Origin: Basidioascus undulatus
Taxonomy: Eukaryota
DNA length: 40,956 nt
Assembly (NCBI GenBank): GCA_000826855.1
Contig: JTLS01000031.1
Location: 1-40,956 of the forward strand
Direction of reading: 5' to 3'
Below the pieces are notes generated by a model that had not been told where the DNA came from, did not search any database, and saw only the letters and a program-made list of their open reading frames with translations. Shown piece after piece: positions 23,600 through 36,076 of this stretch. Position numbers and translations under genes: made by a program. How positions within the stretch are numbered: position 1 is the first letter of the stretch; each line of letters starts with the position of its first letter.

Positions 23600-24331
23600 A
23601 TGTCTGCATCCACCCAGACCTGCACCCACACCGCGTCGCCTCTCCTGTCTCTCCCTCCGGAGCTGTTGCTCTACCTCGGGCTGCAGCTCCCCCCTTCCGC
23701 CTTACACGCACTATCCCAGACCTGCCAGGCTCTGCACGACCTCTTGTCGAGCGACGTCCCCGTCTGGCGCGAAGTGCTCACCACCCACCATCTCTCGCTG
23801 CCATCGCGCCCGCCGTCCACACTCACCTGGCCCGCCCTCGGCCATCTCGTCGCGCACGACCCCTACCTTCCGCCTCACCCAGCTGACGCACTCCATCCCG
23901 CAATCGAAGCCCTCTACCTTCCTCCCTCCGCGATCCCGCATTCGTCTTCCCTCCTCCTCGGCGATGGCCGGCCCCTGTCCAAGGCGCCCGCGACGCTCTA
24001 CGCCCTCGCAACTTGTCCGTCCGTGAAGACGCTCACCGTCGTCGTGCCTCACGGCGCGGGACTAGAACCCAAGCGGGAGACGGTGCACAACGATCTGGGC
24101 GTGACGGTCGGGGACGTGGTGGACGCGCTTTGCGGGCTGCTGCTCTTGGCGTGGTGGAACGAGATGAACGACGAGAGCGTTAGCGTTAGCTCGTGGGTCC
24201 CCCTTTCCCCCTTTCCCTCTTACATTCTTGATCTAGCACGGGGATCTGACCACGGACTACATCTCAATAATAGGTTCTCCAGCTGCAAGTACCGCGCGGG
24301 CGACAAAACCCCGGAGGCGGTCTTCGCATGA
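23600..24331 (+). CDS. F-box domain protein (3' end uncertain; probable intron near 24193-24272)
   Basis: MSASTQTCTHTASPLLSLPPELLLYLGLQLPPSALHALSQTCQALHDLLSSDVPVWR: LxxLPxELLxxI-like start, LSQTC and VWR F-box pattern, with coding-like GC3 over ~600 nt. Confidence 0.75.
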   Translation: MSASTQTCTHTASPLLSLPPELLLYLGLQLPPSALHALSQTCQALHDLLSSDVPVWREVLTTHHLSLPSRPPSTLTWPALGHLVAHDPYLPPHPADALHPAIEALYLPPSAIPHSSSLLLGDGRPLSKAPATLYALATCPSVKTLTVVVPHGAGLEPKRETVHNDLGVTVGDVVDALCGLLLLAWWNEMNDESVSVSSWVPLSPFPSYILDLARGSDHGLHLNNRFSSCKYRAGDKTPEAVFA

Positions 24332-26645
24332 TATTCTTGGATCTTCGCGCCTGCTACCCGTGGCCCGCGCACTAGGGACATTTTCTCTCACTTGTCTTTG
24401 GGAACAGTTTTTTTTTTCCTTTTCATTGGGCTCCATTGAATCTTTTACCTACACACTTTCTCGGGCTTCATGTTGTTGTTATTGTTGAAACTCATAGTCT
24501 GTAGCATACCCGAGCACCGATCTGCCCTTTCGTTCACGATTGTCACGTTATACCCTTCAGAAATCACACCGCTTTCCATATCGATTACACAATGTTTGAT
24601 GAACCTTCTGAGGCTCCCTGAATGCGCGAACGCTTGGGCTAAGTGCAATTCTCGCAGTATGAAAACGACGGAGGAGGTAGGACAACACGAGCTGCACTGC
24701 GGTGCCGAAAGGCGTCTCCAACTTGAAACCTCACATACATAAAGATATTTTGGTAGATGTGCAAAATTCCAGAGACCAACAAATGCCCGTGAAGCCAACT
24801 GCGACCGACAGCGAAGTTCACAGCGTATGATGCGAGGAGGGTTGCTCAGACGCAGATTGCAGTGACACCACACCCTCAAAGGATATTCTGCTCACAATAA
24901 CCTTGTGCTATAGATACAAAAGAACAACACACAAAAAATGGTACAATTATTACTAGAAGTCTCTGAGAAATTCAAGGGTTGCGATGCACAATCGCTCGGG
25001 AGGTCTTGCTCCATCACGCCCCAATGGGTGGCGAAAGGCCTGCTACATCGTGGTGCAGATTGCACCTATTTCGTGCAACTCGGCACTACCTCCATTGGGC
25101 CTCGAAAGGAATGATGCGCCAGAAGTGGTGTAAGAAACGAGCATAAATGTCGCGTACCTCTTCCAGCTGCGGGAATCACCCGTCGTACTTCGCGAAACTG
25201 TCGGCAGTCAGTGCAAGGGAGCTTTCTCCCTCGCAGCTTTATTGGCGCTCGTTTTGGAAGGAAGCTTGAGGCACTAGGATGTCTATGGGGGTACGGAAGC
25301 TTGGTTCTAAAGTCGTGGCATTCACGGACATATCGCTGCGTTCGCTCCTGCCGCCGTTGCAATTTTTTGTCGGGAGTATCAGCAACGCTAACGTGCAGGA
25401 AAGAAATACGACGAAAGTCACTTCTTACCGTAGCATCCTGTATTCTCATATGCGAGTATGTAAACACAAGAATCAGGAAAATGTCGTCTCCTCGAGCGTC
25501 CGCCTCCAGGTTGATGGTGGGGAAGAGTGCAACGAGAAAGAATGAACCGTGCAGCAGCTACTTTCCATGTTATCGAGCGTGGGTCTGCAATTGAATTTTC
25601 AGTCGGTGTATAGAGGAAGAAACCTTGTTCTCAACCGAAAGGACAAATAGTTACCTGGAACTCGTGCTCAGAACTTCGAAACGTCACGGCATATTCCTTG
25701 CTCTCCAGAGGCCAGCGCCAATAACGAGAACTGTTTCTAAGCTTGAGCTTCACAACGAATCACGGGTGATCAGTTTGCATTTCGATGCGTACCGGCTGAA
25801 TACGCCGCCTTTCTTCCGTCTCGACGGCCTCCTTGTCCTTCTTCACGCCCCGCACCTCAAAACGCCTGATAGATCACTCCAACCCTGTCCCCGCTATTTG
25901 GCTGTGTTATAAAAGAAACTTCGCGGCTGCCCAGAGGAGACTGTGAAAGTGACGGTGTAGATAGCAGCGTTATTGTCCGTGCAGAGGATCTTCTGTTTGA
26001 GGATGTCAGGCCTCTCAAAAAAGCCTGCATGGTGAAGGTGGTGGTTCGTTGGCGAGAAGGAATGTAGCATGATGTGTGTCATGCATTCCAGAGACGCAAA
26101 GACGACAGGCGAAGAATTGCGACCGACCGCCGGGCATTCGGAAGATACAGTACCTTCGGCGAAATTGTACCACGTCGCGGGCTTCGGAGCACTAATTGCT
26201 TGCGGAGATGTTTTTAATAACGTCACACAATGCACCATGCTGTACACCAGCGTTTTGACAATGCAACGCCTTTTTCTAACTTCAATTTCAGGCTTAGGCA
26301 AGAGATAGCGCCGACGCCATTGGTTCGTTAATAACGCCGGTCGGAGGGCTAACAGGCCAAACCTGAAGGTCTGGAAGGGATGTCCTGTTTTCCAGTAGGC
26401 TATTGTGAATGCGCTGTATACCGTAATGCCCAGTTTCATGTACAGTAAGACGGAGTTCCCGAAAGGAACAAAGGAAGACACAGCCAGTGTGGCGCTAGCA
26501 AGAGGCCTGGGCATCGAATTGACACCATCAGCGAGCGAGACTCTGCGGCCGCTCAGCTTGTTCACACGCCTTCATCAGCAATTCCTGGATTACTCGCTTC
26601 ACAACCAGAGTCCACCTTTCTTTTCTTCGTTCCATATCTCCCTCA

Positions 26646-27674
26646 TGGCCTCCTCTTCCGCCCTCCTTGACTTTATCGATCCGACGCTTGTGCGGTGGGG
26701 GTCGACCCTGCTCGTTCTTGACATCCCACACGACTGCCCCGTGCAGAAGGTGATCGAGGCATACTCAGATTCCGCAAATCCAATGTGAGTCGTACTTTAT
26801 GCCTGAAGCTTATCCATATTGAAAATTACCGATGTGCACTGCATGCACTTCTACCGCCTTCGTTCGCGGTTTCCCATCTTTACAAGGCTCTCCTGGTCTT
26901 CGCTTCTGTGCTTGATGCGCACATTGCTCTCGATCGCAAGTCCTTGACTTTCTCGAGGAGCATGCCTTGGAACGCCAAAGGTGTATCCCTCGCTCGACCA
27001 ATGTCGGGAATCGTGCGCTGTGATAGTGCAGCAAACCGAGGCCGCGCGCTTCGCGAAGTCGACGCTTCCCAGACGGCGTTCTACACGACTCTCAGATGCT
27101 CTTTCCCCGTCACCACATCGGCTTATTGAGCGCCAGTGAGCGCGAACAGTTGGATCGTACAATTCCTCCCGTCAAGGCTTCGCCCTCTTCGATCGTAACA
27201 GCATCTTTTAGGCTCCTCACGCCGTCGAGTCAACTCCATCTCGGGACTAGGACTCGTCTAAACCGCCGTCTATCGCATTTCCCCACTCGAGGAGTTGTAG
27301 ACGCTTCGCTGAATGAACACCCTGGGTCACCATCGAAGCGACGGCGCCTGTCGGATCCACCCCCGCCCCAACACCCTCTTGCCTCGGTCGCTTCGCTCAA
27401 TGCTAAGTCTGAATTGGCTCGCCTGTATCGCTCGCTTCACCCATTCATTCACTTCGAAATGCACACTCCAAACCAGTTCGGAATCCTTCCGCGTCCCCTG
27501 TCAAAGCATCTTCCACCGAAGACCGTCGCACAAGCTCCTCGGAGATGCACCGGCGCCCCCGTTCGAATTCGCCTTTCTCTGACGATCACGGAACAGCACC
27601 ACCTCCACCTTCTTGGCCTTCAGAACCGAGACCTACTTTGGCAGACGTTTCGAGTGGAGAAGACACCATTGTAA
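26646..27674 (+). other. Possible hypothetical or degenerate protein-coding segment
   Basis: MASSSALLDFIDPTLVRWGSTLLVLDIPHDCPVQKVIEAYSDSANP followed by a gtgagt donor, then overlapping + frames with a basic SKRRRL patch. No family is recognised and the frames are not cleanly joinable. Confidence 0.2.
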
Positions 27675-30007
27675 GGCTTGCGGGGGATGGAACGACGCGA
27701 AAGCTACTGAGCTCTTGCACTCGATGCGGGAGATGAACGTCCGATTGTTTCCTTGGTTGGAGGGCGGTGGGAAATGAGAGCGATTTGGGCTTGCACTTAT
27801 AACTGCCTGTCTGTCTGATGACCCATGCCTGTGCCGTGTTATTTGTTTCTTTCGTGGGCTGGTCGCTGTTGAAGCTCACGACGTCCAGCGCGCACACTAG
27901 GGTCGTCAACTGAAGTTGCACCACCAATATCCTCGTTCACAATCCCGCTCAGTGTTTTTGGCGTACAGCAGTACCCCCTTGATTCATGTGGTGTCCTATT
28001 AGCCACTCCCCAGCTCTGCCTCCCCCACTACGTCATGCACCATCTGCCCCGGTCGCGTTACCGGTGACGGTCTTTCTCTGTGTTCACAACAGATGCAACA
28101 CTGAGAACGAGTATCGACAAAGAAAAGGAGTGAGGAGGCCACTCACCTTCTCGTCCAGACGCCTCATTTCGGAGTAACTGAAGACCAGGAGAAGAAAGGT
28201 TCGGGACGATCTTCTGACCAAGAGCAATGCCTAGAGCTGGGACCGTGCTCAGCGTTGCTCAAGTGTTTACTCGCCCGCTGAAGACAACTCCTTTCCGCGC
28301 CTTGATCGCAGCCGCCCTCCTCTTGTGGGCCATCACCTCCAGAACGTAACCCCTCCAGTGTATTGCTCCTATGGTATTATAAATCTTCGCGTTCCTAGGC
28401 TCAGACACCTTCAAAGCCCGTGTTGAGGTGAGCGTATAGAGGAACGAATTGTCCTGAAAGGAGCGAGTTGTACAGTTCAGGATGTCTTTGCCGTCGAATA
28501 TTGCCTGAATTTCAACAAATTTGGCTTACCGTCCGGGCTGTGGGATTTTTGAGTAATGCGAAAAGCAAGGGTTGTCTTTATGTCGACTGGAGTAGGACGA
28601 GGCGGTGCAAACATTGTCCCCGCCATGCACCGTTGCGACAGTAAGCACTGGCACCTTCATGATACATTCCATTGGTTTCGAACTGTGCCAATTTAACAGT
28701 CGCATATACACTACTTAAAACATGTAGGGCAGAGGCAAGGCACAGCGGGGATGTTAGCAGGCAGTCGTGCTGAAACGCACTAAACTGGACGGCAGTGCAG
28801 CCAGCTGCCAGTCTGTTGAGGCTGGGGTTCGTGCCGGTAAGGATCAAGTTTGGTCCAGTCGCAGGGATGACTCCTCGAATCCGTCATCAAACGACATTAC
28901 CTTATTAGCTGCAAAGACAAAGCAGTGGAGAGCCTCTCGTTAGCATGATGATGCACTGCCGAGGGCTGCTTCTGGGTTGACTGTTTGCTGGACCATGTCT
29001 TCACCTCTCCCCTATAACTCTGGAAATCAACTCCAGGCTATTCAACTCGAGAGGGAGGCCGGTCTCTAGGCGAAAGATGTGAGCTCATCTACGAGACACG
29101 GACTGTCGATGAAAGGTTGCTCGCTGAGTCCCTCTGCCGCCTCCAACAAATAGCACAAATAGCTGCGGCAGACGTCCTTCTCTCGGTAAAACAAGCACCC
29201 CGGCGAGCTCTTAGAGTTAGGCTCAAGTTGAACAAGGCTGGCGCCCTGGAGGTCGATTTTGCCTCTATGTGGCCCCACCAGCGCCCAGCACGAGTACCTC
29301 GCACGGAAGGGCGTCGGAAATTTGGACTAGTCCAGACGTCTTTGATCGCAGTCTGACTACTAAAATAACTTGTGCTCTAGCCGTTGTGAAGAACAGCATG
29401 TCGCCTACATTGTCTGCACTTGAGCCATGACTTCCGCGTCATCGTCTGTTGCCCGCGCACGTTGAGCAGTCTTTTCGGTATTCTATGGCTGACGCTGGTG
29501 ATGATGTCTTAAAATCGGGCGGGTAGATATACTCTGTGTTGGCGATAAAAGAACCAGTGGTGGTCTGAAAGGCGCGCAGGGTCGCGTTTCTCGGTGGCAT
29601 CGAAGGGCGCTTGGATGCTCGCGAGGAGTGATTTCGGAGTTGGTCAGCGTCCGGTTGAACACGCTCCATGTAACCTACCCTAATTGTAGACACATTTACT
29701 CTGCAAAATATTTGAACACAGCTCTGCGCGTGTACCTATGCTTGCAAGGTTTCACGCAGCTGCGTGCGGCCTTTCGGTGTCGCAAGAAATCCGCACTAGG
29801 TAGAGGAATTGCTGTTCGACTTCTTGTCCAAAACTTACCCCCTCCATGCGTACATTTCCTATTTGAAAGGGCCATAACCTATCAAAGAAACTTGCCGAGA
29901 GACACTCTGCATCACAAAAGCCATATATTCGCTGTCGCCCTCGTCATTGCGCAAGACCTGCAGCCCATTGTACAATTTATGTATCTAGTTTCAAAATGTA
30001 TCGCCGC

Positions 30008-33000
30008 TCAAGCCTTCTTAGCTACCAAAATCACATCTCCCGGATTGACAACTGTACCAGGCTTCGAAACGATCGCCTCTACCGTGAGCCCCACCAAGTC
30101 TGCCGGAGCGTCGAGGGGGACCTCCATCTTCATCGCCTGCAAATCGCAGCCACGATATTCCATCAAGCTCCTCGAAATCGAACTATCGAAGTCGAATAAC
30201 AGGGGCGCACCTCCAGGATCGCCAGTCGCTGGCCTTCCTCGATAACGTGCCCGGGCTCTACCATGACTTTCCAGACGTTACTGCTCATGGGAGACTGCAG
30301 CTTCGAAAGCGAGGGATCTGCGAGCGGAAGGCATTAAGTATCTCATATAGGAGGCTTCAAGAGAGGAGCGCACCGTCGAACGAGATCTTGACAGTTCCCA
30401 CCTCCTCGGCGGCCTTCCTCTCCGCCTCCCATTCGGCGTAAAGCTTGACTTCCAGGGCTCGGTCCTCCTTGCCGGCAGCAAGTTGCCGTGCACGGAACGC
30501 ATCTGCTTCTTCCTTAATGGACTCCAGGAAGGACGCGTATGCCGCAGGATCGAACTGGTCCTCCCTGATGTCGAAGGTATACGCCCCGGAGTCGAACGCC
30601 GCAAGATCCCGGTCGTACTCTACATTGCAGGAGCGGGTTTCATCAGACAGAAACGACAGGGGTATTCAGAATATCGTATTCTCACCCTCTTGCGAAACTT
30701 CGTAGAAGTCGATGACGTCGAAAGCCTGCGTGAGCCACGGGGTGGAAGGCGAGAAGTTGGGCTTCTTTCCGAACGTATCCCAGATGGGAAGCGTGCTGAT
30801 TGCCTCATGTCAGCATCAACATCGCTCATGGTTCCAGCGAAGTATTGAAATTACCGGCCCCAGTACTGATCAACTGGCGCGGATTAGCGCTCATACGTTA
30901 CGAGAAACTCGCTGAGAGCGCACCTGGTATCCGCCCGGAGCTGAGCAACAACAGCAAACTCAACACGGGTCAGACACTCTCGTATCGCAATTCACGAGAG
31001 CCTTCGGGGTGAAGGAGTTCGGAAACTTACCGTCGACAGGATAAATCGCTAGCAGCTGACCGCCGAGACCAACTGCGATGCAACAGGATTGAGGCAATTC
31101 CGACGAAACGAACTGCCATAACACACTCACCAGTTCCCCTCGGAGTGAACACTCTCGTCGGGTTGTACTGCATCAAAAGCGAGTCAGCGACGCGTCGCAT
31201 AACCACGGGCACACATTCCCATACCTTCTGTACGTTCATACCTGCACAAACCCCCTGCTCGTCAGAACGATATCGCAGATGGCTAGGAGTGATCTGGCTG
31301 TACGCACGTGAACGAGGATCCAGCGGAAGACCAATCGGGGTTGCACAGAGAAATCCGACTGCGACAACCAAATGAAGACCGATGGCTGCCTCGGCCGCAG
31401 CTCGCCCGTTCGGTAAACCGTTCGAGCGTGCCATGGCGTCGAGGTTGTCGGGCAGGTAGGAGGCCTTGTCGCGAATCGTCTCCATGTATCTAGAGAGCAG
31501 GGAGTTCAGCGTCGAAAAGGTGGAGCGGAAAAGCCGAATCTCACCGCTGGACGCTGTCCTTCACCAGCGGGTCGTTGAAGACGATCGGCAGGCGGATCTT
31601 GCGACTAGGGATCTTGACGTCCGATATGGGGGGCATGGACTCTTCGAGCTTGACGAGCAGGTCGATGAGCGCGCGCTGCTCGATGACGAGCGGGTCGAAC
31701 TGAATCGTGAGCGAGCGCGCGTTGGGGTTGAGCGAGAGAATTGCAGAGTTCTCCAGCCGACGAAGCTCGCGACAGAGCATTTCGAGTCGGCAGCGGTTGA
31801 GAACATCGAGCGACATTGTGCCGTACTCGACGATGAGGTAACGGTCACCGGCCTGAAGGGTACCCCACGAACATCAGCCAATTGATTCAAGGCGCGTAGA
31901 CAGAAAGCACTGTTACCTGGCGGTACGTAATAAGCGGGCGGTACGAGCTTTCCATCGGCGGCAGCGTAGCGAGTACAGCCTCGTGAGCACGCTCGCCCGC
32001 GGGAAGTGACATATCGAGACTCCGAGCACTGTCTGCCGAAGCTTCGCCGCTCGCGAGCTGGGCGACCATCTCGAGGTAGGCGCCCATCCGGCGCTGGAGC
32101 TCGACCGCCTGCGCGAAAGAGATGCGCCGCATGCGCAGGCTGTCGCCCGGTTTCGCTTGGCCGACGCGCCATGCGTCGGCGGAAGCAAGAGTGGAGGTGA
32201 TGAGAAGGCCGCCGAGCGAAGGGCAGTCGGCAGCGAACAGGACCGGTACGTCGCTGGTGCTCGACAGCGTTAGCGAAATTGCGGATCAAGTTTCAAAGCT
32301 GAACTCTCACCCGTTCCAGTTTCTACGCCAGACGATAATAAGGGGCATCAGCGCGGTTCAATCCAAGCTCGTGTGAAAACACATACAGTCCACCCGTCGC
32401 TGCAGGACACCAGCGTAAATCATCGAAGACAGTAACAGGTAAACAGACCATTCAGACTTACGGTATCCGAAGTCTGACCCCAAACACCCAGGTGTGAGCA
32501 CCATTGCTGGAGCAGATGGCATGAAGAAGTTGACACACCAATGACATTTGCCGGGTGAGAACCGCCTAACAAGCGGAACATTAGCTCAACACCAACGATA
32601 CAAATGCGCAGACCTTAGTACCTTCGCCTCCATCATCGCGGGCCCACTCAAGACGCGGGCCATCGAGACGGTAACCGACACGGTTAGAGTTGTGCGAAAG
32701 CTTCCACGTGCTCCCATAAACGAGGTCGCGGTCCTTCGGAGTCAGGAAGTAGTCGTCGTCGTGGGGACTGAACAGAAATGTGTTGGTAAGCTGCATGCGC
32801 CGACGACAAGGCAGAGATGCACGAACCCAGCCATAACGTAGATCTCCCACTCGGACTTCAGGAGGCTGTCAAGCCTGGCCGCTTGGGGCAAGTCGTATTC
32901 GGCGGTGTCCTGTGTGTACGCCGCAGCCTTCGGGCAGAGTTCGAGCGAGTCGCCAGCGACGAGGGTGCGCCCTTGGTATCCGCCGAGTGCGAGACTGATG

Positions 33001-35636
33001 GCGGTTGCGTCAGCCCCGTCGTTGATGAATTAAGGCAAAACAACGCACGATGGGGTCGTCGATTTGCTACCAAGGTATTCCGCGACTTTGGGGAAGCCGC
33101 CCCGGATGGCCAGGTAGGCGCGACAGCCATCACCCGAAACGGCGCCGATCACGAGCCGCTGTCCCGCTCGGACAATGCGTCGAGCCCAGAATGGGAAGGG
33201 CTCGCCGTCGAGGGTCGCTGCGGTCGGGGCACCGGCGAGCGCAACGACGGCGGGCGCGAGGAAAAGAAGTTCCGGGCCAGACAGCGTGACCTCGAGCCCC
33301 TCAGTGCCCTCGGGATTGCCGACGAGCAGATTGGCGACGCGGAAGGAAAGCGAGTCCCTGAGAGTTGAAACTGTGTGAGCTGAAGCAGAATAGAAAGGAG
33401 CGGCCAGACTGCGCACATGGGACCACTCTCAGGTACGCCCATGCCCACTTTGTTGCGACCGGGGAAGTCTTGAACGCTATAGGGCAGGCGAATTAGGGCT
33501 TTAATACAACGTCGATACAGTGAAATGCTTACGTCGTGTAAGCGCCACCAGAAATGACATCTACAGCGCAAGGCTGGTACTTGAAGCTCTTGAGGAAGCT
33601 CGTCACTGTAAAACAAAGACGATCAGCGTTAAGTAGTCAACAGCTTGTCGACCGCATGAAATGAGCGTACAGGTGTTGCCAGACTTGAACTCATCCGACT
33701 CAAGGATGCGCTGCGTATAGTCCATGTTGTTCGGCGGACCGTAGACCTTGCTGCGGCTCAAGGTGTCGACCATCTTCTCAATCGCCGCATCGCGAGACGG
33801 CGCAGAGACGATAACCCTACGCATGCTGTCAGACTATTTTCTCAAAGGGCATCCTTTCTGGACTTACTTGGCGAGCATCGGGTCATAGAACGCAGAGACT
33901 TGCGTGCCCGTCTCCACCCAGCCGTCGACCCGGACGCCGGGCGCTTCCGCCCAATGGACGCACTGCAGGAGGCCCGCAGAAGGAGCGAAGTCGCGCGCCG
34001 GGTTCTCTGCGTAGACTCGGACCTGTTTTGGCAAGATGAGGCGTTAAAAGGATCAGAGCCACGAACAAGTCAACGGGAAAGACTCGCCTCGATCGCGGCT
34101 CCGGTCGGGCCGTCGCGCTGCAGCGAGAGTAGCTCCTCCGCGGGGATGCCTCCTCCGGGTGAGGCCAGCTCGGCCTCTCCTTGACGCAGCATGAGCGCGA
34201 CGAGGTCTACGCCGTACGTCTCCTCCGTGATGGGGTGCTCGACCTGCAGACGCGTATTGACCTCGAGGAAGAAGAACGAGCCCGTCCGGTCATCGACGAG
34301 GTATTCGACCTGTAGCGCATAAATATTCAGCTTTGGGAAACTTGGAAGAACACATGCGACCTGCGCACCGTTCCTGCCGACTTGTACGAGACGCTCGAAA
34401 GAAGCGCAACAGCGCAGTCTGTCAGTTTCTTGCGGAGCTCTGCAGGGCATTTAAGATCAGAAGTGTCCGACAGTACGATCGACAGCCGGCTCACCAGGGT
34501 GTGCGATAACGAAGGGCGAGGGGGCCTCCTCAATGACCTTCTGGTGGCGGCGCTGGATGCTGCAGTAAGCGATGTCAGATGCCTTGTTTCTCCCGTGCTG
34601 CAGTACGAGGCAGTCACGGACGAGCATTCGCGTTCCCCGAAATGCACAACCGCGCCAGAGCCATTGCCGAACACCTGCTCTACTGTTAGCCTCTGCATAG
34701 TTGGATCATACGAGCGGAAGGATACTACTTACCTGGACCTCGATATGGCGTGAAGCGTCGAAGTACTTCTCCAGGAAGACGCCCGCGTTGGAGAACAGCG
34801 CCTTCCCGCGCGACGTGACGTTCTCGTACGCAGCAGTGACCTCATCGCGGCTCCGGCAGATTTGCAGACCCATGCCCCCTCCGCCTCCGGTAGCCTGAAA
34901 TCCTTAAGTCAGTCTGGAGTTCACTCAATGCTCGTCAAAATATACACGCGGTACCTTCAGCATGACCGGGAAGCCGATCTCCTCAGCGGCCTTCAGAGCG
35001 TCTTCGGCGGAAGAGAGGAGGCCTGTACCGGGAACGACAGGGACCTTTTATTTTGAAAAGTCAGTCTCAGGGCTTCGAGAGCAGTTTGCAACAGGACACC
35101 ACCTTCGCGGCCACTGCCAGTTCTCTCGCCCGGTGCTTGAGGCCGAACGCCTCGATAGTCGCCGCGTCCGGGCCTAGCCAAGCCATTCCCGCGTCCACCA
35201 CAGCCTTCGCGAAGTCGGTTCTGTCGAGTTTTAGTACCGATCAATGCTGGCGCTTCTTTGAAAGAGCGACGAGGTCGCATACCGCTCGGACAGGAAGCCG
35301 TAGCCTGGAATGACACCGTCAATGTGGGTTTCCGCACAAAGTCGCAAGATCTGAGCACTGAAGACGAGGTCTCTAACATCAACACTGCGTTCTCCAAACA
35401 ACATAGGGCTGGCGCTAAACGTACGCGTCCAAGTAAGCCTGTCCGCTAGATCCCTCCAACGCCAACGCCTCGTCCGCCAGCGACGCATGCGCAGCACTGC
35501 GATCCGCCTCGCTATAGATCGCTACGCTCGTGACACCATACTCCTTGCAGGAGCGAATGATTCGGACCGCGATTTCGCCGCGGTTGGCAATGAGGAGGCG
35601 GCGAAGATGTTTGAAGGGGGCTGGACGCGAAGTCAT
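30008..35636 (-). CDS. lamA: Stand-alone biotin-dependent urea-carboxylase-like protein (LamA type): biotin carboxylase, CT_A_B (PxpC-like), CT_C_D (PxpB-like) and biotin carrier domains; no allophanate hydrolase (amidase) domain
   Basis: Begins directly with the BC motif [16 protein letters not shown]. Also [41 protein letters not shown] motifs [15 protein letters not shown], [11 protein letters not shown], [38 protein letters not shown]-terminal VWKVMVEPG...AILE|AMKMEV (biotinyl-Lys), ending VILVAKKA* at 30008. Confidence 0.93.
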
Positions 35637-35776
35637 GATCGAGTGTTCCAGCGGAACGGCGAAGACGATTGGTTAGAAGCGAGAGGGATCAGGCGAATTT
35701 TATGAGATGAAGTGAGAAGGTGATGGTTAAAAGACAAAGGTCTTGATGGGCACCGGGAACACGGCGCAAGACATGG

Positions 35777-35792
35777 TCCTCGGCGCCGAGGA
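35777..35792. promoter_or_regulatory. Perfect 16-bp palindrome TCCTCGGCGCCGAGGA (CGG-N2-CCG) in the divergent lamA/lamB promoter; candidate Zn2Cys6 factor site
   Basis: The self-reverse-complementary 16-mer is directly visible. A second inverted repeat, CGGCC-N8-GGCCG containing another CCTCGGC, lies at 35840-35857. The regulatory function is inferred. Confidence 0.5.
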
Positions 35793-36076
35793 TACACAAT
35801 AACTATACCCCCGCTCGCACCGGAAAGCGACCGGACCAGCGGCCTCGGCAATGGCCGTATCAAGCGCAGGTTGCGTAGGTCACGCGGAGTCGATTTATGA
35901 TGAACCAGGGGAGGACGGGAGAGCGTTCGAGCCTGGGGCGTCCGGAGCTGCAGCTGCCCGCGCTACAAGCGTCGCTTGGAGGCAACAGCACCTCCTCGTC
36001 TGAGCATCACGCTAGCCTCGAGACTTGGGATGAGAAGTCCGAGTGGAGGTCCGAGGGGACCCCCTGCCTCCTCACC

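Noticed and set aside
25894..26565. 223-aa minus-strand ORF
   Set aside because: No recognisable domain, no codon bias like the real genes, and no intron structure.
34724..34740. ACTTACCTGG, resembling the 5' end of U1 snRNA
   Set aside because: It is the reverse complement of a perfect CCAG|GTAAGT splice donor in the minus-strand lamA gene, and no U1 stem-loops or Sm site follow.
30008..35636. Full urea amidolyase (DUR1,2)
   Set aside because: No N-terminal amidase/allophanate hydrolase domain. The protein starts at the biotin carboxylase motif with an in-frame stop just upstream.
35897..36076. Further-upstream ATG start for lamB used by the ORF track
   Set aside because: The added segment is acidic, not domain- or presequence-like, and lies in the probable bidirectional promoter. 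The ATGs at 36077 and 36230 have better context.
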